The notes beneath the pieces were generated by a model. It was given only the letters and a program-made list of their open reading frames with translations, did not search any database and had not been told where the DNA came from. From assembly GCA_038883775.1 (NCBI GenBank), contig JAVZLM010000001.1, forward strand, positions 128,001-192,000: 64,000 nucleotides of DNA, written 5' to 3'. This DNA is from Candidatus Bathyarchaeia archaeon (lineage in GTDB: Archaea > Thermoproteota > Bathyarchaeia > Bathyarchaeales > Bathycorpusculaceae). Positions 48,848 through 58,623 of the stretch are shown piece by piece. Position 1 is the stretch's first letter. Each line of letters begins with the position of its first letter. Made by a program: the position numbers and the translations under genes.

Positions 48848-49492
48848 TCAGCGTTTTCTAAAAAGTTTTCTTTTCCTCTTGTATAGTTCATATGATGTTA
48901 AAACTACACCTAAAACGGTTAGTGTGACACCGACAGGTAAAAGAAACATGTAAGGATAAGAAACTTCTTGTTTCAGCAACCAAATTCGTGCCGGGGGATC
49001 TTCGGATCCGAAATTATTAAAAATTGACTTCTCATCAACTATAACGGTAAAGTTTCCCTCTTTCTTAACCACTCCACCAATGTAATCTTGAACTTTTTCT
49101 ACAGATAATGATGATTCACTACTTGATCCTCCTGCACCTACACTTGCAGTTGCGTTGAGTAATGATAAAACTGGCGTGATGCTTAAAGGTGATCCTTGGT
49201 ATACATAGAAATAACATACAAAGTCAATACGAGTAGCGTCTGGACCAGTGATGGTGACGTTAATCGCAACTGTGCGTCCACCCGCAAGAAATCGTCCCCA
49301 CTCGCGATGTGCCCTTATGTCGACGATCATCATTTCACCTTTTCTATAATATCCTGTGACATTCCAAACAAAGTATTCCTGTTTTACAGATAATTGATCA
49401 GGGGATATGTTAGAAATATTGGAAACACTCATAAGTGAGAAACTCGCAATTAAAAGAAAAATGCCCATGTAAAGGGAAGTATTTTTTCTCAT
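48848..49492 (-). CDS. Hypothetical protein with signal peptide, beta-rich ectodomain and C-terminal TM
   Basis: Hydrophobic N- and C-termini, basic tail, N-glycosylation sequons. Confidence 0.75.
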   Translation of the reverse strand: MRKNTSLYMGIFLLIASFSLMSVSNISNISPDQLSVKQEYFVWNVTGYYRKGEMMIVDIRAHREWGRFLAGGRTVAINVTITGPDATRIDFVCYFYVYQGSPLSITPVLSLLNATASVGAGGSSSESSLSVEKVQDYIGGVVKKEGNFTVIVDEKSIFNNFGSEDPPARIWLLKQEVSYPYMFLLPVGVTLTVLGVVLTSYELYKRKRKLFRKR

Positions 49493-49646
49493 CAGTTGAG
49501 CACCAAAATGTTAACATTGCTTGAACATTTATGTTTTTCTTTGAAAGAGAAAACATTTTAAATTTTCAGTTAGAACGAACATTTTAATGTAGGTTGTGCT
49601 CAACAAACTTATAAATCGCTTTGATAACCTCTATACGTGGTTGAAA

Positions 49647-50756
49647 ATGAAACATAAATGGTTAACAAGGGCAACCTTGCTTACTGTGATATTACTATTA
49701 TCTTTGCTGGCGCCTCTTTCTACGATAGTCGTTAAAGCCCAAGAAGAGGCTACGATAAGGATTATAAATCCCTTGTCAGGTGACAACAAGTTCATTTTTA
49801 ACATTGCGGATTTTCCAGTGAACACCACCTTCACTGTTGAATTTTACATCGAAAATGTAACTGCACTACTAAGTTGGCAAATATTCATAAAATGGAACAA
49901 TACAATTATACACTTTCAAAAGGGTTGGATACCTGACAACAACGTTTTCGCTGAAGCTATTGACCAAGGCGCTACGCTAATAGCACCGCCGCCATCCGTG
50001 GAGATAGTAGAGGATACTGGCTACTTGAAATATGGTGCCTCAATACTTCCATTAACACCAGTTAATGTGCCTGACAGCGCCCTTTTATGCAAGCTAAACT
50101 TCACGATAGCAATAGAGCCTCAAGACAGCCAGGAATTCACAAACATAGAATTGATACCAAAAGAGGAAGGAAGTACATCCTTAGACACTTTTGTCATCCT
50201 TAAAAAAGACTCATCTCGGACACCTATTCCCGTGTACGCCCAACCGGCAATCGTGAGAATTTTAAAGGAGGAAATTTCGATAATTCGAGATCTTGCGATA
50301 CACTTGCTTAAGGTTGAACCATCAATTGTTGATGCTGGCGACACATTAACGATCACATTAGTGCTCATCAATTTCGGTAATGATCTGGAAACTGCTAATA
50401 TCACAATACGTTATAACGAAACGATACTTATAAACTTTGAACAATCATTGGGAGCCAACCAAAACTTCATTAAAGAAAAAACATGGAACACAACAGGTGT
50501 TAAGCCTGGACTTTACATAATTTCAGTTGATATTGCCATACTTCCCGGCGAGACAAACACGACGAACAACCATGCAGAAAATATGGTAATTATTAACAAA
50601 AAGCTAGAAATTCAAGAGTATATAGTTTGGATTCTTATTTTATGGCTTAACACACCACTGGGAATATTAGCAATAACATACACCTTGATTTTCATAGGAA
50701 TTTTCACATTATTATCGATACGTAAGAAACTAAAAGTTATACGAAGTAAGCTGTAA
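49647..50756 (+). CDS. Membrane-anchored cohesin-like + CARDB-like surface protein
   Basis: Signal peptide; FTVEFYIENVTALLSWQIFIKWNNTII...LLCKLNFTI cohesin-like pattern; DLAI..L.V.P...G..L.I...L.N.G...E...WNTTG..PG.Y.I......PGETNTTNN CARDB-like; C-terminal TM. Confidence 0.75.
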   Translation: MKHKWLTRATLLTVILLLSLLAPLSTIVVKAQEEATIRIINPLSGDNKFIFNIADFPVNTTFTVEFYIENVTALLSWQIFIKWNNTIIHFQKGWIPDNNVFAEAIDQGATLIAPPPSVEIVEDTGYLKYGASILPLTPVNVPDSALLCKLNFTIAIEPQDSQEFTNIELIPKEEGSTSLDTFVILKKDSSRTPIPVYAQPAIVRILKEEISIIRDLAIHLLKVEPSIVDAGDTLTITLVLINFGNDLETANITIRYNETILINFEQSLGANQNFIKEKTWNTTGVKPGLYIISVDIAILPGETNTTNNHAENMVIINKKLEIQEYIVWILILWLNTPLGILAITYTLIFIGIFTLLSIRKKLKVIRSKL

Positions 50757-50982
50757 AACTAAATAACTGTAAACAAAAAGATATTATATAAAGCGTTTTT
50801 ATTTTGCCATGCGAAAAAGGAAGATTAAGAACGGTTCAAGAAAAACTTAGTGCAAATAGCTACTTAGTTTAGTGCTTAGGTTGTGCGATGAGAGGTTCAT
50901 TTTATGCGTTGGTTTTTAAACGATGCTTGAGAAATAGCAAATTTAAAATATTTCTTTGTGGAAAAACTTAGCCAAGGTGAGA

Positions 50983-52059
50983 ATGTTGAATAAAAAATTA
51001 GTGATCGCGTTGATTCTGATGACGTTTATATGGTTAATACATTTATCGCTGTTGAATCAAGTGAAAGCCCAAACGTCGACAATTTCAATAATTAACCCAG
51101 GCCCAGCAAGTAAACCTGCAAAATGGACTGCTGCACCACCGCCTCCTGGAGAAATAGGTGGACCAAGCTTTACTTTTTACGCCCCTCAAACAGCTTTGGA
51201 GTCGACTTTCTTCATAAACTTAACCATTGAAAATGCTGTTAACATTAGAAGTTGGGGCATAGGTCTAGTCTATGAAAACGCGTCAATCGCTTATGTTTCG
51301 GCATGGAGACCTACAGATCACATATTTGCCCCCGCAGAAAGTGGCGGTGCAACCCCAATTGTTCCATCAGTTACCTTAGAAGGTATTAACACAACACATA
51401 CAATCCTAAAATGGGGCTATGCGTACCTTTGGAAGGATGAGGAAGGAAATCCGATAAGATGGGGATTTAATGGGTCAGGCGTATTATGCCAAATACAATT
51501 CAAATTGGTTAAAGCGGTAGATTCCGGCCAATGGACAACTGTTTTAGCATTGGATCCGGAGTGGACGCAAGTTTATCCTTTTGACATGCCCCCAGAAACT
51601 CCAAATGTAGAACCCGGCTATGTCACTTACATTTATGATGATACTCCTCCACTAATTCAGAACGTCACACAAACTCCTCCGGCAAATAATGTTCAACCAA
51701 ATGAACCTGTAATTGTTTCAGCAAACGTCACAGATGATAATGGAGTAAAAAGTGTAATATTAAATTACACAATCGACAATGGCGAAACTTGGACATCCGT
51801 AGCTATGACATATAATGAAGATTCAGGTTTGTATGAAGGAACGATCCCGGGACAAGCTGCGGGAACAAACGTAAAATATCAAATACATGCTGAAGATAAC
51901 GCTGGAAACATAGCCACAAACGACAATGAAGGAGAGTATTTCCCCTACATCGTTATTCCAGAGTTAACTATTGCAGCAATAGTTTTACTATTGACATTCG
52001 TGTCTCTGTTCATCATAATCGCTGCAAAACGCAATAAAAGACCAGTGATAAGAGCATAA
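50983..52059 (+). CDS. Membrane-anchored cohesin-like + Ig-like surface protein with IPE(F/L)-type C-terminal sorting signal
   Basis: FFINLTIENAVNIRSWGIGLVYE...GFNGSGVLCQIQFKLV cohesin-like; DTPPLIQNV...V.VSANVTDD.GV.SV.L.Y Ig-like; VIPEL + TM + basic tail. Confidence 0.75.
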   Translation: MLNKKLVIALILMTFIWLIHLSLLNQVKAQTSTISIINPGPASKPAKWTAAPPPPGEIGGPSFTFYAPQTALESTFFINLTIENAVNIRSWGIGLVYENASIAYVSAWRPTDHIFAPAESGGATPIVPSVTLEGINTTHTILKWGYAYLWKDEEGNPIRWGFNGSGVLCQIQFKLVKAVDSGQWTTVLALDPEWTQVYPFDMPPETPNVEPGYVTYIYDDTPPLIQNVTQTPPANNVQPNEPVIVSANVTDDNGVKSVILNYTIDNGETWTSVAMTYNEDSGLYEGTIPGQAAGTNVKYQIHAEDNAGNIATNDNEGEYFPYIVIPELTIAAIVLLLTFVSLFIIIAAKRNKRPVIRA

Positions 52060-52115
52060 ACATACTCATTTTTCCATTTTTAATTTTTATCGATACATTT
52101 TTAAGAGATTTTATA

Positions 52116-52526
52116 ATGCAATTAAACAGTATGAAAAGAAAATTCTCCGGCGGAAAAGTAAATCTTGCTTTACTTACCGATAGTATAGTGAATTTTTTTG
52201 TGGCAAAGGATTTCGAAGTAATACGAGGCGAATCTAAAAAGGGTTTTCAAATCTTCGCTTACGACTCGTCACAAGTTAAGCTTGGTAGTCCTGTCAGCGT
52301 AACCATTGAAGGTGAAAAAGATGATTTTGAAGTTAATTTTGAGCTTTCTGATAAACCAAATAAACGCTCTTGGTTTCCATCGTATTTCTTAACGATAATG
52401 TTGGGAGGTGGCTACTTTCTTGTGAAAAAGTTTAGATCTGATGAAGCTTTCTTAAAACTTGAAAAAGAGTTTTGGACGTATATTTATGGTATAATTGCGG
52501 ATCTTGAATATTTGAAAGAAGAATGA
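52116..52526 (+). CDS. Hypothetical protein
   Basis: 136-aa ORF with one hydrophobic segment. Confidence 0.65.
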   Translation: MQLNSMKRKFSGGKVNLALLTDSIVNFFVAKDFEVIRGESKKGFQIFAYDSSQVKLGSPVSVTIEGEKDDFEVNFELSDKPNKRSWFPSYFLTIMLGGGYFLVKKFRSDEAFLKLEKEFWTYIYGIIADLEYLKEE

Positions 52527-52612
52527 TCTTTGATTTTGTTTACTACTGCTTCTACAACCGCTTTTCATAAGCGAAATTTAGATGGTGTACTCTGAATGCT
52601 TTAGGCGAAGGC

Positions 52613-53905
52613 TCATAGAAACTTTATGTAGGCTGGTAAGTCTAGAAAGCCATGTCCAGTCACATTAAACGCTATAACCTTCTTTTTATTTTCCCTCTTA
52701 CATTTAATTGCCTCGTCTATTGCACCTCTAATGGAGTAGGCCGCCTCCACAGCTGGCAAGAAGCCCTCGGTGCTCACAAAAATTTTTGCAGCTTCAAATA
52801 TAGCCTTCTCGTCAACTGGATAAGCAACCGCATCAATTAGGCCGTTATGCCTAAGTAAACTTACAACTGGAGAAGTGCATGTCTCTCGGAGGCCTTCAGC
52901 GTAAATTTCTGGCATCTCAAACGTGTGGCCAAGCGTGTACATTTTAAATAATGGTGGCAGTTCAGAGTATGTTTGATAGTCATATTTGTACTCGCCCTTA
53001 ATTAAAGTTGGAGAAGCCATAGATTGAACAGCTATAAATTTACATGTTAATTTCCCTTTAAGCACCTCTCTCATAAAAGGGAAAATAAAACCGGGCAAGT
53101 TACTCCCTGCTCCGCAACAGCTCACCATAACATTTGGTTTTTCGTCAATCAACTCAAACTGTTTCATTGTTTCAAGTCCTATTATAGTGTCGTGCAATAT
53201 GACATGATTAAAAAAGCTCCCAACAACTCGAGCATAACCATGTTCAATAGAATATTCAGTCGCTTCGGCAGTCGCAATAGAATCAGATCCCATATGGTTC
53301 GGCTTCTCCTTCAAAAGCATCTTACCAAGCTCGGTAAGGTTGCTTGGAGAAGGCACTACGGCGGCTCCGTACATTTTCATAAGAGCTCTTCGTTCTTTTT
53401 TCCACTTGTATGCCTTACGAACCCAAAAAATCTTGGCTTTTAATCCAGTCATGGCCGCTGCATATGCAACAGCTGTTCCCCATTGACCAGCGCCCGTCGC
53501 TGTACAAAGTCCTTTTGCTCCTTCTTTAGCAGCATAGTAAGCTTGCGGAAGCGCTGTGCATAGTTTAAAGCTTCCGGTAGGGTTTAAGTCTTCTCTTTTG
53601 TAATACATATGCGCGGGTGTTTTCAAAAATCTCTCCAGTCCAAACGCTCGGCACAGCGCTGTAGGTCTTCCAGCACCTATGTACAGATCTATTACTTCCT
53701 CCGGGATTGGAATGTACCTTTCATTTGAGTGCTCTTGTGCCATACATGCTTTTATGCGAGTTTTGTAAATTTTGTCCATTTTTTCTTTTAGCGGTTCGGG
53801 GACTATTTCTGGAGGTAAGGGTTCTGGTAAATCTGGCAAAATGTTGTACCAATACTTAGGTATTTCTTCGATAGTCAATTGGATCTGCTTTGGTTCTGTC
53901 ATCAT
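52613..53905 (-). CDS. Divergent TrpB2-like PLP-dependent enzyme
   Basis: IPKYWYNILPDLPEPLPP, GRPT.L.RA..LE, PTGS.K (PLP Lys), TGAGQWG, KMYTLGH, GHG.LDL. Confidence 0.88.
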   Translation of the reverse strand: MMTEPKQIQLTIEEIPKYWYNILPDLPEPLPPEIVPEPLKEKMDKIYKTRIKACMAQEHSNERYIPIPEEVIDLYIGAGRPTALCRAFGLERFLKTPAHMYYKREDLNPTGSFKLCTALPQAYYAAKEGAKGLCTATGAGQWGTAVAYAAAMTGLKAKIFWVRKAYKWKKERRALMKMYGAAVVPSPSNLTELGKMLLKEKPNHMGSDSIATAEATEYSIEHGYARVVGSFFNHVILHDTIIGLETMKQFELIDEKPNVMVSCCGAGSNLPGFIFPFMREVLKGKLTCKFIAVQSMASPTLIKGEYKYDYQTYSELPPLFKMYTLGHTFEMPEIYAEGLRETCTSPVVSLLRHNGLIDAVAYPVDEKAIFEAAKIFVSTEGFLPAVEAAYSIRGAIDEAIKCKRENKKKVIAFNVTGHGFLDLPAYIKFL

Positions 53906-53911
53906 CTTCGC

Positions 53912-55036
53912 CTAAGTTAAGAATCGTTTTGCGGTTTCCAAGTATATGTCAGTTAGTTTCTTAAGACTTTCTATCTCAACATATTCATTGGCAATATGTG
54001 AATTTCCGCCTCTAGGACCAAATATTATGTAATCTATATTAGCTATCGTTACGAAGTAGTTTTCATCAGCGGTTTCTAATATTTTAGTTTTCAAGTCTAT
54101 TCCATATTCTCTGCATACCTGTTCCAAACACTGTATTATCGGTGTCTTTTCCGTGTTCAGCACATAAGGCTCTTGCCAAGGGGTGGGTCTTTCAGCTAGT
54201 TTAACCCTTACATCTGCTTTAATATTGATGCTTTTAAGAAATTTTTTAAACTCCTGAAGGCTCCCGTCGACAGTTTCATCTATGCTCAAGTTTCGGTTAA
54301 TCCATATTTTACACTTGTCCGGTACTATGTCCGTCTCAACGTTTCCGCCTTCCACTTTCAATGTCATTAATGTGCCTTTTATGGGCATTCTATTAAGCAA
54401 AGTGATTATTTTTGCGGCTTCGTCTAACGCATTTACAGCATTTTCCGGTATTAAAAAATGAGAGCTTTTTCCAACAACCTCAATTTCATAAACCACCCTG
54501 GAGCATGCTCCAATGATTGTTTCTTCCATGTTTCCTTCAAAATCTGGACATAAACCGGCGTTAATCCCACTAAGGAGACCGCTTTTGCAAAGCGCATAAC
54601 TTCCTCTTGAGTATCGTTCTTCCTCACTAACAGCTGCGAAAACCAATTTTCCCTTTAAATTCATCTCAGCAAGTTTATTAAAAATCACCATATTTACTGC
54701 TAATCCGCCTTTCATATCAAAAGCGCCTCTGCCATACAACCGGCCGTTTTCAATGACGGCGTTGAAAGGGTCCTTTGTCCATCCTAAATGAACGTCTGCT
54801 ACGTCCGTATGTCCTTCCAACATTAGGCCTCGTCCATCTTCAGAATACTCATGAACTGCGATCACATCAGGACCGCAGTTTGGGACTTCAACCATTTTAA
54901 CGTTAAAACCTTTTTCTTTTAACCAGTCTGCTATGAAGTTAGCGATTTGGTGTTCCCTTTGGCTTGGGCTTTGTATGGAGATAAGCTTCTTAGTTAACCC
55001 GATGACTTCCTCATAAATGTTCATACTCGTCCTCAT
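53912..55036 (-). CDS. M20 family metallopeptidase/deacylase (ArgE/DapE-like)
   Basis: GHTDV, LYGRGAFDMKGG, EEE, GKSSH, FGP...SH..NE. Confidence 0.9.
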   Translation of the reverse strand: MRTSMNIYEEVIGLTKKLISIQSPSQREHQIANFIADWLKEKGFNVKMVEVPNCGPDVIAVHEYSEDGRGLMLEGHTDVADVHLGWTKDPFNAVIENGRLYGRGAFDMKGGLAVNMVIFNKLAEMNLKGKLVFAAVSEEERYSRGSYALCKSGLLSGINAGLCPDFEGNMEETIIGACSRVVYEIEVVGKSSHFLIPENAVNALDEAAKIITLLNRMPIKGTLMTLKVEGGNVETDIVPDKCKIWINRNLSIDETVDGSLQEFKKFLKSINIKADVRVKLAERPTPWQEPYVLNTEKTPIIQCLEQVCREYGIDLKTKILETADENYFVTIANIDYIIFGPRGGNSHIANEYVEIESLKKLTDIYLETAKRFLT

Positions 55037-55158
55037 AATAGAAATTTCTTTGTAGCTTTTAAAATTTCAACTAAGAGCAGTTTAATATTTACGATGCATT
55101 AAATCTTTAAATACAAAAGATGCGATTACTTTTAGTTCTAAAATTAAGAGGCTAGATT

Positions 55159-56073
55159 ATGATTAAAACAAATAAAGACAAACTACTTATAACTGAAATT
55201 TTAGGCGAGATAACTCATCCTGCGCTTGCTATGGAAATGGCGTATACGACAACATGGAATGGGAAATCCAAACTTGGCATTGGCATGGGCAGCATCAAAT
55301 ACAATGTGAAGATTGGAGACCCATGTTTTGGATGGGCTGAGGGAGAAAACGTTGAGCCAGGAGTCGCTGTTGACTCCATACAAAAGGAACCAGGTCAATC
55401 AATTATGGAAGAAAACGCATTTAGGATACTAGCCTGTATAGGGAATGAGGCTGTTGTGGTTTCAGGAGATGCAAAAGGCGCTAAAGGCGTAGTTGTTGGA
55501 AAACACGGTTATATTCCTCGCGGTGAGGGACTGAGGGGAGGCCACCATGTCTTAATATCATTTGAGGATTCAGACTTAGAAAAACTGGTGATAGGGGACA
55601 AAGTCCTAGTAAAAAGTCGTGGTGTAGGGCTGGAAATCGAAGGTTTCCAAAACGTGAAAGTTCTTAACATCGACCCTGAACTTTTGGAACGTATAGTAGA
55701 AATAGAAGATGGAAAACTCGTGGTACCAGTAGTTATGGAGGTTCCAGCATACATTATGGGTCAAGGTTCTGGGGGCATGCCCGCTGAGACAAGTAGTTAT
55801 GAAATTCAAACATCATCTCCAGTTGACGTAGAAGAGCTTGGTTTAAAGAGACTAAGACTAGGAGATATTGTAGCATGTAAAGATATCCTAACGGCTTGGG
55901 GGCGTGGCTACTATAAGGGAGCAGTAACGATAGGTGTAGTTTCATGCGGTTCAAGCGACTTGGCAGGTCATGGAATAGGGCTTACAAGCATTCTTACGTG
56001 TAAAGAAAAAAGAATTATGCACAAGCTTGATCCTAAAGCAAACATTGGCTACTGTCTTGGAATTTTAAAATAG
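55159..56073 (+). CDS. DUF4438-like protein, paralog 1
   Basis: MIKTNKDKL, YNVKIGDP.FGW, VEPGV, ACIGNEA.V.SG.AKG.KG, LRLGD, GHG.G, ANI. Confidence 0.8.
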   Translation: MIKTNKDKLLITEILGEITHPALAMEMAYTTTWNGKSKLGIGMGSIKYNVKIGDPCFGWAEGENVEPGVAVDSIQKEPGQSIMEENAFRILACIGNEAVVVSGDAKGAKGVVVGKHGYIPRGEGLRGGHHVLISFEDSDLEKLVIGDKVLVKSRGVGLEIEGFQNVKVLNIDPELLERIVEIEDGKLVVPVVMEVPAYIMGQGSGGMPAETSSYEIQTSSPVDVEELGLKRLRLGDIVACKDILTAWGRGYYKGAVTIGVVSCGSSDLAGHGIGLTSILTCKEKRIMHKLDPKANIGYCLGILK

Positions 56074-56090
56074 GAGGTTGTTAAGATAAA

Positions 56091-56966
56091 ATGATCGAAA
56101 CAAACAAAGATAAACTGCTTAAGATTGCCGCTTTAGGAGAAATCATCAATCCTTGGGTTATGAGCTACGCTTCTACGTGGGATGGAAAAACGAAGATGGT
56201 AATAGGCATGGGCGGGATCAATTATAACATAAAAATAGGTGACCCATGTTACGGCTGGGCCAGTGGAGATCACGTAGAACCAGGTGTTATCATTCAAGGA
56301 AAAGAGAAACGTCAACCATCTGCCTGTGCGTTGGCAAACCTTGCATGTATAGGGAATGAGGCTGTTGTGGTTTCAGGAGATGCAAAAGGCGCTAAAGGAA
56401 TGTATATTGGTAGACACGCGGGGGCCGATTGTATTTGCTGGTTCAAAGATGAAGACATTCAAAAACTTGTTATTGGAGACAAGGTTCAAGTCAAAACGTG
56501 GGGTGTGGGCTTAAAAATCAAAGGCTTCGAAGATGTTAAAACAAACAAGCTATCGCCTTCGCTTCTAGAGAAGATGAATATAGCAATCAAGGACGACAAG
56601 CTTGAAGTGCCGGTGGTCATGGAGATTCCAGGATACCTCATGGGCTCTGGTATAGGATTTGCGCCCATAACTGAACCAATTGACTACGACATCCAAACAA
56701 CATGTCCTGAAGTGGTTGAAGAATTGGGACTTAAAAAACTGCGCCTCGGCGATGTTGTAGCCTTAAAAGATCAAGCCTGTGTCTATGGTCGCGGGCATCA
56801 TCGAGGAGCTCTCACAATAGGCGTGATAATCCATGGTTTCAGTGACCTAAGCGGTCATGGTCCTGGAGTAAACCCCATCTTAAGCTCTCTTAACGGCAAA
56901 ATAACGACCCGTTTAGATCCAAACGCAAACATAGCGCTATACTTAGGATTAAGAGAAAGACTGTAG
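56091..56966 (+). CDS. DUF4438-like protein, paralog 2
   Basis: Same motifs (GDHVEPGV, DYDIQT, GHGPG); GGAGG upstream. Confidence 0.8.
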   Translation: MIETNKDKLLKIAALGEIINPWVMSYASTWDGKTKMVIGMGGINYNIKIGDPCYGWASGDHVEPGVIIQGKEKRQPSACALANLACIGNEAVVVSGDAKGAKGMYIGRHAGADCICWFKDEDIQKLVIGDKVQVKTWGVGLKIKGFEDVKTNKLSPSLLEKMNIAIKDDKLEVPVVMEIPGYLMGSGIGFAPITEPIDYDIQTTCPEVVEELGLKKLRLGDVVALKDQACVYGRGHHRGALTIGVIIHGFSDLSGHGPGVNPILSSLNGKITTRLDPNANIALYLGLRERL

Positions 56967-57024
56967 GATGAAAAGCTTAGAAGAGCGGATAGAACCCAGG
57001 AAAACGCAAAATTTGACTACGATT

Positions 57025-57576
57025 TTAAGGTTTAATTGTTGGAATTGTTTTGTTAAGCTCCTTGAACTTTTTGATGGCGTAATTCACGATTTTCTTTGCT
57101 TCTTCAGCGTTTCTCCATTCCTTAAACCTAACCCATTTGTGCGGTTCTAATCGCTTATAGGTTTCAAAGAATTCTTGTATTTCCACAAGTTTATGCTTGT
57201 GCACATCCGTAATATCCTTATAGCCCTCAAATCTTGCGTCGTTAACGAGCACGGACAAGATTTTTGGGTCTTCTCCTTCTTCGTCTTCCACTATTAAGGC
57301 TCCTATGACTCTAACCTTAACTATACAGCCAACCTCAAGCGGTTCATAACTTAGCACCATTATGTCAAGGGGGTCATTATCGTCAAACCATGTTTGTGGA
57401 ACAAATCCATAATCAACTGGAAAAACTACGGATGATGGTATGATGCGGTCTAAAACAAAGGATTCCCACTCAAGATTATACTCATACTTGTCCCTCGAAC
57501 CCATTATGACTTCAACAACCATGTTGAGCAGTTCTGGAGGCTTATCGCCTGAGGGGATGTCTTTCCAAATGTTCAT
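57025..57576 (-). CDS. ppa: Inorganic pyrophosphatase (family I)
   Basis: KYEY, DR, YGFVPQT..DDNDPLD, D.KI, FFETYKRLE. Confidence 0.95.
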   Translation of the reverse strand: MNIWKDIPSGDKPPELLNMVVEVIMGSRDKYEYNLEWESFVLDRIIPSSVVFPVDYGFVPQTWFDDNDPLDIMVLSYEPLEVGCIVKVRVIGALIVEDEEGEDPKILSVLVNDARFEGYKDITDVHKHKLVEIQEFFETYKRLEPHKWVRFKEWRNAEEAKKIVNYAIKKFKELNKTIPTIKP

Positions 57577-57624
57577 GGGCATAGCCTTCAAGCTAAATAG
57601 CGAACTTGCCTAATTTAGTTTTCC

Positions 57625-58536
57625 TCACTCCTCGCGCAATGTACGCTTTTTGCCCTTATACTCCATTTCGCCATATTTTGCATAAAGCTCCTTCCTCAAA
57701 GCCTCAAGCATCTCAATCTTTCTCCCACAAAATTCTGCTGCCGTAACAACTTTCACCCCACGCTTTTCAGCAACTTCATAAACTGGCTTTATCCTCAATC
57801 TATAGTTTAAGTCTCGTAGAAAATGGTGGTCCAAAACCAAAGTATGAAGGTTTGTCTCTTTTATGGCTTTAACCAAGTTAGCGTTTGAAATTTCTAGACT
57901 TTTGAAGGAATAGCGGAAGCCAAGCATGTATGTCATTGGTCCATCAACGAAAAGGGTGTCTGGCTTTTCGTCAAGAATGAAGCCTATTTGATCCTCCAGC
58001 GAAAGACCTTCAACATCAGACGTGTAAAGAAATTTTTCGTTGTTACTTTTTATGCTTACTTCTGTCACGTATCCGAGGCGTGGATTTGTTCCGTGGCAAA
58101 CAGCCTTTGAAAAACTTAAATGCGTTTTGCCAAGTTGGAAGTTTTTTGCGTCGGCAATTTCGAGTTTTTTTGGCATTCTTTTTATAGCTTCTAAGAAAAA
58201 GGCCGCCCTTTCTTTTTGGCTTAGGTTTATGTTTTCTGTTGGGTGTTTTATAAAGACGGTTTTCGCCTTATAAAGTTCTGGAGTGTCTGGGTCATGATGA
58301 TCATAGTGGTAATGTGTAACAATTAAAACATCGGCATTCTCCGCATACTGCTTAATGACTTCCCAAGTTTCATCAAGCCTCTGCCACTCTAAAGGATGCG
58401 GTTCTAATCCATAACGGATGGGCGCCAAAGCAACTCCAGGGTCTATTAAAATTTTTAAGTCGTCTGTTTCTATGAAAGTTGCCATTGAACGAACACCAAA
58501 ACTGTCAAAGGCTAAAGGAACAATTTTCTGAATCAA
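57625..58536 (-). CDS. MBL-fold hydrolase (UPF0282-like)
   Basis: DSFGVRSMAT, DPGVALAP.RYGL.P, THYHYDH, DHHFLRD. Confidence 0.88.
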   Translation of the reverse strand: MIQKIVPLAFDSFGVRSMATFIETDDLKILIDPGVALAPIRYGLEPHPLEWQRLDETWEVIKQYAENADVLIVTHYHYDHHDPDTPELYKAKTVFIKHPTENINLSQKERAAFFLEAIKRMPKKLEIADAKNFQLGKTHLSFSKAVCHGTNPRLGYVTEVSIKSNNEKFLYTSDVEGLSLEDQIGFILDEKPDTLFVDGPMTYMLGFRYSFKSLEISNANLVKAIKETNLHTLVLDHHFLRDLNYRLRIKPVYEVAEKRGVKVVTAAEFCGRKIEMLEALRKELYAKYGEMEYKGKKRTLREE

Positions 58537-58623
58537 TGTGCTCCTTTCCAGCAGATTTTTGCTTTACGAAAAATTTATATGTTTGTCAGCCTCTTAAGGC
58601 TTACTTAGGGAAGTTCAGTTGCA

